Positions 1 through 9,866 of a stretch of 64,000 nt of DNA are shown piece after piece. The translations under genes and the position numbers were made by a program. Each line of letters opens with the position of its first letter. Position 1 is the first letter of the stretch. A model generated the notes under the pieces. The model did no database searches and was not told the DNA's origin. It saw only the letters and a list, made by a program, of their open reading frames with translations. This DNA is from Marinovum sp. (lineage in GTDB: Bacteria; Pseudomonadota; Alphaproteobacteria; Rhodobacterales; Rhodobacteraceae), in contig NZGN01000018.1 of assembly GCA_002691045.1 (NCBI GenBank), forward strand, positions 14,785 to 78,784. The letters are read 5' to 3'.

Positions 1-117
1 TACAACACCGGGGTTACAAAACTACTTTATTACGATGAGAGCTTTGTGATTTCGCAAATGAATGCACTTCCACACCTGGAGACCCCAGATCGATGGAAAA
101 ATAGAACTTATACATGA
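1..117 (+). CDS. 3' end of probable histidine phosphatase (phosphoglycerate mutase family) protein, partial
   Basis: Frame 1 is open from the edge (YNTGVTKLLYYDESFVISQMNALPHLETPDRWKNRTYT*). The N-T-x-V-T...N-x-x-P-H-L pattern is typical of the His-phosphatase C-terminus. Confidence 0.55.
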   Translation, partial: YNTGVTKLLYYDESFVISQMNALPHLETPDRWKNRTYT

Positions 118-126
118 GATTGAAAA

Positions 127-1185
127 ATGGTTCACTTGTGGGTTAGAGCTGAGCAAAGGGCAAACGAAAAAAGAGTTGGATTGAGCCCTGAAGATGCAGC
201 TAAATTAGTTAATGCAGGTATCAAAGTTACAGTCGAAGAAAGCACCGACAGAATAATCCCTACAGAAAGCTATTCTAAAGTTGGATGTATTATCAGTAAG
301 CAAAATTCCTGGCAAAGTGCACCAAAAGAGGCAATTATACTTGGCTTAAAGGAACTACCAGAAAATATAGAAAAACTTGAGCATAAACACATCATGTTTG
401 GTCATGCCTTTAAGGGCCAATCTGCCGGAAAGAACTTTTTGAAAAAATTTAAAGCAGGTAAGGGTATATTATATGATCTAGAATATCTAACCGATGCAGA
501 GGGACGGCGCTTGGCTGCATTCGGATATTGGGCAGGTTTTGCTGGTGCCGCTATATCGATAAAAGCTTATGCAAGCCAAAAAAAAGAAAACGGTATTTGT
601 GGACCAATAAGTGTTTTTGATAATCAAGAAGAAATGATCGATAATATTAGAAAAAATCTTTTTTCTACCGAAAACAATAGTCCAAAAATTCTAGTTGTTG
701 GAGCACTAGGCCGAGTCGGGCAAGGAGCCATTGATTTTTGTCAGTCTTTAGGCCTCAACGTCACAAAATGGGACATTGGGGAAACAAAAAATGGAGGACC
801 GTTTCCTGAAATTCTTATGCATGAAGTATTTCTCAACTGTATTTTGGCAAAACCTGGCGCTCCGGTTTTCGTTAATAATACCCATCTCATTGAAGATCGA
901 AAATTGAGAGTTATTGGAGATATTTCTTGCGATCCAGACAGCAGTTTCAATCCGATCCCAATTTATAGTTCTGCAACAAATTGGGAGCATCCAGTCATTC
1001 GAGTGAGTGACTCCAATGAATTAGATGTGATGGCTATTGATAACTTGCCATCCTTGTTGCCGTATGAAAGTTCCATTGACTTTTCAAGGCAACTGATCCC
1101 CTTGTTGTTAGGTCTTAATAGTACTGAAGCAGATGTATGGGATCGAGCTGAAAAAACTTTTATAAAATATTTGAAAGAGGTGTGA
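127..1185 (+). CDS. Saccharopine dehydrogenase (NAD+, L-lysine-forming; Lys1-like / lysine-ketoglutarate reductase)
   Basis: HLWVRAE..EKR, ILGLKELP, HIMFGH, YDLEYL, GALGRVGQGA, DISCDP and IDNLPSLLP motifs of the Lys1/AlaDH family. Confidence 0.88.
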   Translation: MVHLWVRAEQRANEKRVGLSPEDAAKLVNAGIKVTVEESTDRIIPTESYSKVGCIISKQNSWQSAPKEAIILGLKELPENIEKLEHKHIMFGHAFKGQSAGKNFLKKFKAGKGILYDLEYLTDAEGRRLAAFGYWAGFAGAAISIKAYASQKKENGICGPISVFDNQEEMIDNIRKNLFSTENNSPKILVVGALGRVGQGAIDFCQSLGLNVTKWDIGETKNGGPFPEILMHEVFLNCILAKPGAPVFVNNTHLIEDRKLRVIGDISCDPDSSFNPIPIYSSATNWEHPVIRVSDSNELDVMAIDNLPSLLPYESSIDFSRQLIPLLLGLNSTEADVWDRAEKTFIKYLKEV

Positions 1186-1186
1186 C

Positions 1187-2323
1187 ATGACAATTCATTG
1201 GTGTGGAACTGGATTATCTGCAATTCCTGGCTTACGTAGGTTAATAATTGACGGTCACGATATTGTTGTCTGGAATAGAACTATAGAGAAAGCAATTTCC
1301 GCAGTTGGTGATATTACTAAATCAATCAAGGAATTTGATATTCATGAATTGAAAAACTACCTAGGAAAGGGTGACATCATCGTGTCAATGCTGCCGGCGG
1401 ATTGGCATGTTCCCTTAGCAAATTTATCTTTAGAGAAACAAAGTCATTTCGTTAGTTCTTCATATATTTCATCTGAGATGCGCGCCCTGCACAAAGAAGC
1501 AGTAAAAGCTAACATATGTCTGGTTAATGAAGTTGGTTTAGACCCAGGAATTGATCATTTAATGGCCCATACATTGATTGAAGATTATCGAAATTCAAAG
1601 GAACAAGATGATGAGAATGAAATCTCTTTTATTTCTTACTGTGGGGGCATACCAAAAATCAAAAATAGTTTTTGCTACAAGTTTAGTTGGTCACCATTAG
1701 GTGTTTTAAAAGCTCTAAAATCTCCATCACGCTCAATTAAAAACTTCAAAGAGTTTGAAACCCAAAGACCGTGGAATGCTATATCAAATTATATTGCACC
1801 TTTACCTTCACCTGAAGAATTCGAAGTGTATCCAAACAGAGACTCTCTACCATTCATTGAGCAGTACCATTTTGATCAAAATTGGCGGGTGAGAAAATTT
1901 GTTAGAGGCACATTAAGGCTTAAGGGATGGGAGAGTGCTTGGTCAGAAGTTTTTTCTGAAATCGATAATTTAAAAGGCCCGAAAGGCGACGAAAGACTAA
2001 AAGAAATGTCAGATAAACTTTGGCTAGAAAATGGGTATGAAGAAAATGAAGCAGATCGTGTTGTTTTGGTAGTTTCGTTGAAGGCCGCACACGAAAATAA
2101 AACAAAATGGCATAAAACATTTGTATTAGACGCCTTTGGCGACTCATCTTCCAGCGCAATGGCGAGATTGGTTTCTTTACCAGTTTCATTTGCCGTAGAA
2201 GCCGTTGCAAAAGGCAACATCGATTCTGGTGTCAGTGCTGCCCCATCAGATATGGCTCTCGTTAATGAATGGTTAACTAAAATAAAAGGATTGGCTCAAC
2301 ATATAGAAATAGTTTCAAAATAA
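1187..2323 (+). CDS. Saccharopine dehydrogenase (L-glutamate-forming, Lys9-like) family
   Basis: VSMLP, SSSY, NEVGLDPGIDHL, SYCGG, YKFSWSP, YPNRDS and RGTLR motifs. Starts 1 nt after the upstream stop. Confidence 0.85.
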   Translation: MTIHWCGTGLSAIPGLRRLIIDGHDIVVWNRTIEKAISAVGDITKSIKEFDIHELKNYLGKGDIIVSMLPADWHVPLANLSLEKQSHFVSSSYISSEMRALHKEAVKANICLVNEVGLDPGIDHLMAHTLIEDYRNSKEQDDENEISFISYCGGIPKIKNSFCYKFSWSPLGVLKALKSPSRSIKNFKEFETQRPWNAISNYIAPLPSPEEFEVYPNRDSLPFIEQYHFDQNWRVRKFVRGTLRLKGWESAWSEVFSEIDNLKGPKGDERLKEMSDKLWLENGYEENEADRVVLVVSLKAAHENKTKWHKTFVLDAFGDSSSSAMARLVSLPVSFAVEAVAKGNIDSGVSAAPSDMALVNEWLTKIKGLAQHIEIVSK

Positions 2324-3043
2324 TCTAAAGTAAATTGAGTCTGGAAGTATTCGAGATATCCTGAACAGCCAAGAAAAGGGTGCTGGAAAACTGGAAGAAA
2401 ACCTATTTTTGCACATTCTAGTAAACATTTTTTCTGCCGCTTTTTCAGGCGACATTATTTGAGGCATTTTAAAATCATTTTTATCAGTTAACCTAGTTTT
2501 TATAAAACCTGGGTTTATCAATTGAACTTTTATAGAAGTCTTCCTTAAATCGTAATACAAAGTTTCACTTAAGTTTGCGATTGCCGCCTTAGAAGATCCG
2601 TAACCAAGTGCCCCTGGCAATCCACGGTAACCGGCCAAACTGCCCGTAAAAACTAAATGACCTTTGTCTCTTGAAATAAATTCAGGCAAGATGATATCCA
2701 GCACATTCAATGCACCAACTAAATTTATGTTAATCATCTTAGTAAGTTTTTCAATATCCCATTCCTGCGCTGGCATCGGCCAATATGCACCTGCTAGAAA
2801 AACTAATCCATCTAAATCTTTTAATGTTTTTGCGGACCGCTTCAGGGCTGTATGATCAGTGATATCTAGAGGTAAAACCTCGGCCTGATTTGGTAAGGAT
2901 AACGCTATTTCTTTTAAACGCTTTTCGTTTCTAGCCGTAAGGACCAGAGACGCACCAGCGTTGGACATTCTTTTAGCCAAAGCAAGACCCAGTCCTTCAG
3001 AGGCACCCACAATCCAATAGCGTTTATTTGACCATTCTTTCAT
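2315..3043 (-). CDS. SDR family oxidoreductase (last gene of the RpoE-controlled operon)
   Basis: GASEGLG Rossmann motif, YGSSK catalytic motif, INPGFIKT. Confidence 0.85.
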   Translation of the reverse strand: MKEWSNKRYWIVGASEGLGLALAKRMSNAGASLVLTARNEKRLKEIALSLPNQAEVLPLDITDHTALKRSAKTLKDLDGLVFLAGAYWPMPAQEWDIEKLTKMININLVGALNVLDIILPEFISRDKGHLVFTGSLAGYRGLPGALGYGSSKAAIANLSETLYYDLRKTSIKVQLINPGFIKTRLTDKNDFKMPQIMSPEKAAEKMFTRMCKNRFSSSFPAPFSWLFRISRILPDSIYFRLF

Positions 3044-3045
3044 TA

Positions 3046-4251
3046 CTATTTATCCCGCAAAATCAAGTTCTGAAGCCAAAGAAGCGCAAGAACCTTAAGG
3101 ACACATGGTACTAAAGCATAGGAAATTGATAGCACTTCCAAACTTAAAGTAGAATTCATGTCTTGAGTTTCAAAGCCCACAAATTCCATTATTGGAAGGA
3201 GAAGGCCTGCAGTTAAAGCTAAAGCAAGCTTATTTGAAAAATTCCAAATACCAAATCCCGAATTAGCATCATTTTTTGTTTTTATAAGGCTTTTAGCGTA
3301 AACGGCTGGTAAAAGAGTCATATCAGCACCCAAAGATAGACCCGTTGCAAGACAAATGACTGAAAAAGAAATGATGTCACCAGTAGTCAAAGTATATGCC
3401 CAAAAAAAACTGATTATGCTAAGAAACATGCTGAACCTTAAAATAAGTAATGGACCATAATGTTCGGCAATTTTAGTCCAAAATGGAGCAGAGAATGCCG
3501 CTGAAAGAAAAAATAGTATCAGCAGTGGCCCAGCCATAGCTTCCAAGCCAAGAACGTTATCAACATAAAATAAAAAGAGTGTTGAAGTCACCGCTACTGG
3601 CATTGCATTTAGAAAAACTAAAAATAGAAGCGCCCGGAGATGTATATCTTTTGGAAATAATGAAGTTATCTTCATTGTGGCTGTAGAAAAATTTTGAACG
3701 AAGTCACTAGCAACTAGAAACGTGGCAACAAGAATAAAACAGCAGAATAAATATGCGAAGTTCTCATATCCATTTGATCCATTTATCGAAAGCATTGTAG
3801 GAGCTAATGCAGCCAAACAGATACCAATTAAATTCCCTCCCTCTCTCCACTTGGCTATCTTAATTTGTCCGTCCACACCATATGCTTCAACGCCAAGTGC
3901 GTAGATCTTTATGTAAGCAAAACTAAAACCTGAGAAAAGAATTACTAGCGATATACAGAACCATAAAATAGGAAAACCAATAGCGGGGATTGCAAAGAGC
4001 AATGTCATTCCAACACACATGGCGACAGACGCAGCCCATAGGGGAATGGAACCATTATGTTGTGTAGATGCAGCTAGACGACCTAAAAAGGGATCTTGAA
4101 AAAAGTCAATTGACCGTAAAATTAATAACGCTAACCCTAAAGCCACTAAGCTAATTTCATACTGATCTACGAAAAATTTTGGAGCGTGTATATAAATAGG
4201 CAAACCTGCCATTCCCAGGGCGCAAGAAAAAAGCGCGTAGCGCCATGGCAT
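3046..4251 (-). CDS. MFS transporter (GPH/MelB-like)
   Basis: About 12 hydrophobic segments, DFFQDPFLG motif, position in the ufaD/ufaO-like operon. Confidence 0.8.
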   Translation of the reverse strand: MPWRYALFSCALGMAGLPIYIHAPKFFVDQYEISLVALGLALLILRSIDFFQDPFLGRLAASTQHNGSIPLWAASVAMCVGMTLLFAIPAIGFPILWFCISLVILFSGFSFAYIKIYALGVEAYGVDGQIKIAKWREGGNLIGICLAALAPTMLSINGSNGYENFAYLFCCFILVATFLVASDFVQNFSTATMKITSLFPKDIHLRALLFLVFLNAMPVAVTSTLFLFYVDNVLGLEAMAGPLLILFFLSAAFSAPFWTKIAEHYGPLLILRFSMFLSIISFFWAYTLTTGDIISFSVICLATGLSLGADMTLLPAVYAKSLIKTKNDANSGFGIWNFSNKLALALTAGLLLPIMEFVGFETQDMNSTLSLEVLSISYALVPCVLKVLALLWLQNLILRDK

Positions 4252-5006
4252 TATGAAACCTCAATATCCGGTGGAGAAGGGCGCTTTCGGTATTTGGCTC
4301 CTTTTAAATAAAGTTTCAATGCCTGCCAATGTATTAAAGCAAGAGCGCGACGTGAACCTAAAGGTCTGCGGATACAGGACCACAAAATATCTCGATTTCT
4401 TAGTTTTCTAATACGGCCTGTTAAATTGGCTAATACGCCACCTCCAGGCATTTGCAAATCAATCCAAATACCAATTTTTTTATCTAAATCTATATCAAAT
4501 CTAAACTCATAATTCCCATCGATTGGCTGAAATGGCGAAACATGAAAAATTTTTGTGGCTTTAAGGCGATGCTCAGGTCTGATTGGTTTTAAATCATCGT
4601 TACAGCATAAATACGAATGTCGATCACCAAAAGTATTGGATACTTCTGCTACTACAACAACTAACTTATCTGCTTCATCGAAACATAACCAAAAACTTAC
4701 TGGGTTAAAAATATGGCCCAATATTCTTGGTTGTGCGAGCAGAAGAACTTTGGACACGCAAGTTATTTTTCGCACTTTTAACACTTCAAGCACCCACTTC
4801 TTCGGAGCACCAAGGTCATTAAGACCACCATAATCCAAGGAGTTTATCCCATAAAAAAATCCACCTTTTTTGGACAAAAGCCATGGAGACATTTCCAGTT
4901 TCTCAGGATCAAAAAGCAAGTAATCAATACTATATTTGAAGTCGTTTTCCACCCGACCACGACGCCCATGCCATGTTTGCGCACTTATGATCTTTATCTC
5001 TGTCAT
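4251..5006 (-). CDS. ufaO: DUF1365 protein, UfaO-like (furan fatty acid oxygenating enzyme)
   Basis: HGR...F.Y, PRILG..FNPVSFW, EVSNTFGDRHSY, KIFHVSPF and IHWQAL.L motifs of DUF1365. Synteny matches R. sphaeroides RSP1090. Confidence 0.8.
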   Translation of the reverse strand: MTEIKIISAQTWHGRRGRVENDFKYSIDYLLFDPEKLEMSPWLLSKKGGFFYGINSLDYGGLNDLGAPKKWVLEVLKVRKITCVSKVLLLAQPRILGHIFNPVSFWLCFDEADKLVVVVAEVSNTFGDRHSYLCCNDDLKPIRPEHRLKATKIFHVSPFQPIDGNYEFRFDIDLDKKIGIWIDLQMPGGGVLANLTGRIRKLRNRDILWSCIRRPLGSRRALALIHWQALKLYLKGAKYRKRPSPPDIEVS

Positions 5007-6301
5007 TCCGCTGCTATTGGCAATATTTCTTTAGAAATAATTTTCCGCGCAACATCTAGCCCAGAAGTTAATCCATCCTCATGAAAACCGTTTTTTACCC
5101 AAGCACCAGAAAACCAAGTTCTGTTTTGACCATTAGTTTTAGCAATCTCTTTTTGCGCTGCTAAAACGTCTAAGTCATAAACAGGATGGCGCATAGTCAC
5201 TTGATCAAATATCTGGCTTTGTTCAATATTTCTTGTAGAATTAAGCGTGACAAACATTGGGTCATCCAAAGGAATTGGCTGTAAAGAATTCATCCAATAG
5301 GTTAAATCAATTTTTTTGCTGCTTTTATCTTTTCGTTCAGTATAGACCCAACTCGCCCAGCACTTGTGAAGCCTAGGCATCAAAGATACATCCGAATGTA
5401 AGACGACTTCATTATCTTGATATTTTATACAACTAAGGTTATGCTGCTCTGCCGGGGATGCATCAGTCAAAAGTGCCAAAGTGTCGTCAGAGTGTGTTGC
5501 GAATACTACATCATCAAACATTTGCACTTCATCGCGGTACGTTTTAATTGCCACGCCAGTTTCGTGGCGCGAAACAGACGCCACAGGAGTAGAAAGTCTT
5601 ATATCAACTTGTTTTTTCAATAAAGCATTTTCCAGCCGTAAAACATATTCTCGTGAACCACCTTCCACTGTATACCATTGATGCTGCCCACTTCGACTAA
5701 GCAAGGCATGGTTTTTAAAAAATTGCATCATTGAATATGCCGGAAATTCTAAGATTTTTTCCGTGGGCGTTGACCATATTGCACCGGAAAGTGGCAACAA
5801 ATAGTAGTCTCTAAACCAATCGCCCGTTTTTAGTCGTTCCAAAAATTGTCTAATTGTGATGGACTTATCATCTGCAACCGTTAAGCCTAAAGTGTTAAAT
5901 CTGTTAATATCCCAGACCATTTTGATGAATTTTGGGTGAAAAACGTTCTTCCTTTGCGCAAATATTGCATCAAAATTTCTTAATGCATACTCGATTTTTC
6001 CACCGCGAACGGAAGCTCCAAAACTCATGTCACTTCTTACGACAGGAACATTAAGATCAGAAAATAATTTAGAAAGTTCGGGATAATTTGCATAATTAAA
6101 TACAATGAAGCCAGTATCCACAGGCTGATCACCATTTTTACCTGCTAAAATCGTACGAGCATGCCCACCCAAGCGATTTTCCGTTTCAAACAGCGTTACA
6201 TTGTATGCATCTGAAAGCGCGTGGGCTGCACCTAGGCCGGAAATTCCGCCCCCGATTACTGCAATATTTTTGGGCGAAATGGGCATTTTTTGAAAAGTCA
6301 T
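5003..6301 (-). CDS. ufaD: FAD-dependent oxidoreductase, UfaD-like fatty acyl desaturase
   Basis: GGGISGL, RLGGHA, VDTGFIVFN..NYP, WASW.Y, TYWMN.LQ and GFHEDG motifs. Divergent from rpoE as RSP1091 is. Confidence 0.8.
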   Translation of the reverse strand: MTFQKMPISPKNIAVIGGGISGLGAAHALSDAYNVTLFETENRLGGHARTILAGKNGDQPVDTGFIVFNYANYPELSKLFSDLNVPVVRSDMSFGASVRGGKIEYALRNFDAIFAQRKNVFHPKFIKMVWDINRFNTLGLTVADDKSITIRQFLERLKTGDWFRDYYLLPLSGAIWSTPTEKILEFPAYSMMQFFKNHALLSRSGQHQWYTVEGGSREYVLRLENALLKKQVDIRLSTPVASVSRHETGVAIKTYRDEVQMFDDVVFATHSDDTLALLTDASPAEQHNLSCIKYQDNEVVLHSDVSLMPRLHKCWASWVYTERKDKSSKKIDLTYWMNSLQPIPLDDPMFVTLNSTRNIEQSQIFDQVTMRHPVYDLDVLAAQKEIAKTNGQNRTWFSGAWVKNGFHEDGLTSGLDVARKIISKEILPIAAE

Positions 6302-6323
6302 ATTAATTCCTATTTACCAGTAC

Positions 6324-6349
6324 TACGTTCGTTAGGCTGTTCCGGATGA
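6324..6349 (-). promoter_or_regulatory. RpoE (ECF11)-type promoter for the ufaD operon
   Basis: Minus strand reads TCATCC-N15-ACGTA, close to the RpoE consensus TGATCC-N15-RCGTA, 22 nt upstream of the start codon. Confidence 0.75.
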
Positions 6350-6363
6350 AAAGTATTTAAAAT

Positions 6364-6389
6364 TGATCCAAATTGTCAGTAAGAGCGAA
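6364..6389 (+). promoter_or_regulatory. RpoE autoregulatory promoter
   Basis: TGATCC (6364-6369), N15, GCGAA (6385-6389), just upstream of rpoE. Confidence 0.72.
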
Positions 6390-6400
6390 TAAAGTTTATT

Positions 6401-7042
6401 ATGTTAATTGAGACAAAAATACGCGCCGCGAACCACTCGATAATGCCCAGGGTGTGTGGTATTGATTCTGGTAACGTTGAAAACACAAAGACCGTGTCAT
6501 TGAAAAATAAAAATATAAACGTTTGGGCAGAGTTAATTCGAAAGGTCGAGATAAATAAAGATGTCTCTGCATTCGAAGAAATTTTTAGTCACTTTGCCCC
6601 CAGGGTAAAAGCTTTTCTGATGAAGTCAGGTGCTGACCCTCAAATGGCAGAAGAATGCACTCAAGAAGTTTTGGCAACTGTGTGGCGTAAAGCTCACTTG
6701 TTTGATCCCTCCAGGGCCAGTGCCTCAACTTGGATTTTTACTATAGCAAGAAATAAAAAAATTGATGCAATTAGGAAGCAAAATAGACCTGAGCCCGAAC
6801 AATTGTATGCCGAGCAAGGCTATGAACCTGATCAAGAAGCCGTGGTAGAATTGCAGCAGGAGACAGAACGTTTGGTCACAGCACTCGGGGAGCTTCCAGA
6901 GAAACAACGGGTTTTGGTGGAGAAGGCTTACCTTGGTGAACTTTCACACAGTGAAATTGCCGAAATCACTGGACTACCATTAGGAACTATTAAATCGCGC
7001 ATAAGATTAGCCCTTGAAAAACTGCGCCACGCAATGATGTAG
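6401..7042 (+). CDS. rpoE: ECF sigma factor RpoE (ECF11, singlet oxygen response)
   Basis: FAPRVKAFL, AEE..QE....VWRKA..FDP.RASASTWIFTIARN and region 4 PLGTIKSRIRLAL. Adjacent to chrR. The start may lie further downstream. Confidence 0.92.
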   Translation: MLIETKIRAANHSIMPRVCGIDSGNVENTKTVSLKNKNINVWAELIRKVEINKDVSAFEEIFSHFAPRVKAFLMKSGADPQMAEECTQEVLATVWRKAHLFDPSRASASTWIFTIARNKKIDAIRKQNRPEPEQLYAEQGYEPDQEAVVELQQETERLVTALGELPEKQRVLVEKAYLGELSHSEIAEITGLPLGTIKSRIRLALEKLRHAMM

Positions 7043-7052
7043 AGAGAGAAAT

Positions 7053-7700
7053 ATGAAAACACACGACATAAAACATCACTTATCTAAAAAGTTATTAATG
7101 GCCTATTCTGCAGGACAGCTTGAAGAAGGTTTTGCATTGGCAATAGCCACTCATATTTCAATGTGTGACCAATGTAGAGCTGAGCTGGAAAGCTTAGATG
7201 CAATGGGTGGAGCAATTATTGAAAATTTAGAACCAAATGAAATCGGTTCGGATGCATTTTTGAAGACATTGGCTTTAATCGACCAAACCCCTGAACAAGT
7301 GCTCGAAAGACCGAAACAAAAATCACTACCAGAGCCTTTAGCAGACTATGTCGGATGTGATTTGGATGATATCGACTGGCGACCTATAGGTATGGGTGTA
7401 AAACAAAAAATTCTTGTCAATTCCGAGAAAGTTTCAGCCCGTTTGCTTTACATTCCAGCTGGCACAGCTGTTCCTGAGCATAGCCACAAAGGCAGAGAAT
7501 TAACACTAGTGCTCAAAGGAGCCTTCAAGGACGAGTTTGATTATTTTGGGCCGGGCGACGTTGAATTTGCTGATGGACATACCCACCATACTCCTGTTGC
7601 ATCGGATGATGAAGATTGTATATGCTTAGCCGTGACTGACGCACCACTCAAATTCAACAAATTTATTCATAAGATCGCTCAACCTTTTTTAAAGATTTAA
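7053..7700 (+). CDS. chrR: Anti-sigma factor ChrR
   Basis: ZAS motif HISMCDQC and a C-terminal cupin (PEHSH.G.ELTLVL.G.F.D, H.P, CICL). Confidence 0.92.
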   Translation: MKTHDIKHHLSKKLLMAYSAGQLEEGFALAIATHISMCDQCRAELESLDAMGGAIIENLEPNEIGSDAFLKTLALIDQTPEQVLERPKQKSLPEPLADYVGCDLDDIDWRPIGMGVKQKILVNSEKVSARLLYIPAGTAVPEHSHKGRELTLVLKGAFKDEFDYFGPGDVEFADGHTHHTPVASDDEDCICLAVTDAPLKFNKFIHKIAQPFLKI

Positions 7701-8462
7701 CTGATCGGAAATTGCCCCTCTAACTATTGCATTTCCAGCAATAATTCCTTGGGAACTTCCAGTTGAGGAGTTATAATTTATGTCACTTCCATGGCTGGTG
7801 GTAACACTACCGCCAGCTTCAGTAACTAGAAGGTGACCAGCGCAGATATCCCATTCCCATGATTTACCTAGTGTAATCATTGCATCAAAACTTCCTTCGG
7901 CAACAAGAGCCAACCTATAGGCTAAAGATGGGCGATAGCGTTGCATTAAAATGTTTGACTGTCCATTTTTCCAATTCTCTTTTTCAAACACCGATTTTTT
8001 TGCTAAAATCTTAGCATCCATCAAATCACAGACTTCTGATACAGTAATTTTTTCACCATTTAAAAAAGCGCCTTTTCCAATTTCAGCAGTATAAAGCAAA
8101 TCCATTCTGGGCAAATACACGACTGCCGCAATGGGTTTACCTTTTTCCGCTACTGCTATTGAATGTGCCCAAGTTTTGTCTCCTGCAATAAAACTGCGAG
8201 TGCCATCTATAGGATCAACTATAAAAACTTTTGATTTACCAAGCCGTGCAGTATTGTCTTCAGTCTCCTCACTTAACCATCCATAGTCAGGCTCACATTT
8301 TAGCAAGAATGTTCTTAAGAAATTATCGATTTCTATATCAACTTCAGTAACAGGACCAGCACCAGCATCTTTATCCCAGGTTTTAAAATTTTTATCAGAA
8401 TACCTGAGCGCAATTTTACTTGCCTCTATTGCTGCCTTTTTTATCGTATCAAGATCCTGCAA
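7689..8462 (-). CDS. cysQ: Inositol monophosphatase family / 3'(2'),5'-bisphosphate nucleotidase CysQ-like
   Basis: WLSEE, VDPIDGTRSF and WEWDICAG motifs. Confidence 0.8.
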   Translation of the reverse strand: MQDLDTIKKAAIEASKIALRYSDKNFKTWDKDAGAGPVTEVDIEIDNFLRTFLLKCEPDYGWLSEETEDNTARLGKSKVFIVDPIDGTRSFIAGDKTWAHSIAVAEKGKPIAAVVYLPRMDLLYTAEIGKGAFLNGEKITVSEVCDLMDAKILAKKSVFEKENWKNGQSNILMQRYRPSLAYRLALVAEGSFDAMITLGKSWEWDICAGHLLVTEAGGSVTTSHGSDINYNSSTGSSQGIIAGNAIVRGAISDQLNL

Positions 8463-9786
8463 TGGTCATTCCATCTATCAGAAGAGACGGTACTACACGA
8501 GAAACATACTCGAGGGCATCATTAGCGGGAATTATAGACTTCAGCATATCCAGTAGATTACCAGCAATAGTAAGCTCTGATATAGGATATTGAATTTCTC
8601 CGTTCTCAACCCAAAAACCAGATGTACCTCGCGAATAATCACCAGTATTCGCGTTTATGGTTGAACCAATCATCGATGTGACCAATATGCCGCATCCCAT
8701 ATCATTCAACAAATCTGACTTAGTCTTTTCTCCTTGGGTTAAAGCAATATTCCAATTACCTGGTGACGGAATTCCCGCAACAGCTCTAGTCGCATTCCCA
8801 GTAGATTTCAGTTCTAATTTTCGACTAGAGGACAGGTCGGTAGTCCAGTCGCACAAAACACCATTTTCAACAATTTTTCTGACTTTGGTCTCTAGTCCCT
8901 CAGCATCAAATGGACGAGAGCCGCTGGCTCGCTTCCTGTAAGGATCTTCCGTAATTGAGAGAAACTCAGGTAAAATTTGGGTGCCTTTTCTATTCAATAA
9001 CCATGAAGACCCTTTGGCAACTGCTACGCCATTAGTTGCAGCAAGCAAATGGCCAATCAAAGATGAAGACACTCTTTCATCAAAAATTACTGGATAAACA
9101 CCAGTTTTAGGTTTGCGAGCTTCTAATTTTGAAACAGCTCGTTTAGCCGCCCGAATTCCAATTTCTTCCGGACTGCGCAAATCTTGTTTAAAAATGCGTA
9201 CATCACCATCATAATCTCGTTCAAGTCCTGATTGTGAACGTGCTATGGCTACGCACGAAGTGGAAAAACTAGTTTTTGAATATCCACCGTTAAAGCCGTT
9301 AGTTGCAGATAAATGAATTTTCGTCTTGCTGTATGCAGAACTCGCAGATTGCACTTGATCAACAGACCGATTTTCAAGAGCGAAGTATTCTGCTTCCTTT
9401 GCTTGATTTTCAAGTTCTTCTGGCTGAGGTTCAGCTTGATCATCTGAAAGCTCTAGCTCATCTACATCCCAAGCCGCAACCAATTCGGACTTTTTGGCTA
9501 ATCCACAATAAGGATCTTCTGGAGCTGCTTTTGCCATATCAACTGCGCGCTCAGTCATTAATTTAATTGAGGCCTCTGATAAATCTGATCCGGAGACAAT
9601 AGCTTGCCGCTTTCCTTTAAACACACGCAATCCAAATTCTATTCCATCACTTCGTTCTATTTGCTCTAAAGCCTGCTTTCGCACTTCTATAGAAATAGAG
9701 GTTCCGTGAACTGCCATCACATCAGCCTGGTCAGCTCCAGAGATTTTTGCACAATCTAAAATTTTTTGGCAGGTTTCTTCTAACAT
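8449..9786 (-). CDS. pmbA: TldD/PmbA family protein (PmbA/TldE)
   Basis: GLRVF, FDAEG, TGDYSRG.SGFWVENGEI.YP and TIAGNL motifs. Confidence 0.88.
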   Translation of the reverse strand: MLEETCQKILDCAKISGADQADVMAVHGTSISIEVRKQALEQIERSDGIEFGLRVFKGKRQAIVSGSDLSEASIKLMTERAVDMAKAAPEDPYCGLAKKSELVAAWDVDELELSDDQAEPQPEELENQAKEAEYFALENRSVDQVQSASSAYSKTKIHLSATNGFNGGYSKTSFSTSCVAIARSQSGLERDYDGDVRIFKQDLRSPEEIGIRAAKRAVSKLEARKPKTGVYPVIFDERVSSSLIGHLLAATNGVAVAKGSSWLLNRKGTQILPEFLSITEDPYRKRASGSRPFDAEGLETKVRKIVENGVLCDWTTDLSSSRKLELKSTGNATRAVAGIPSPGNWNIALTQGEKTKSDLLNDMGCGILVTSMIGSTINANTGDYSRGTSGFWVENGEIQYPISELTIAGNLLDMLKSIIPANDALEYVSRVVPSLLIDGMTIAGS

Positions 9787-9866
9787 GTATTTTGACGGAC
9801 CCTTTCGTTCTAAAAGTAAAAGCTTTTTTTGGACACTGATAATATCAATTTAAAGTGTTAAACAAG

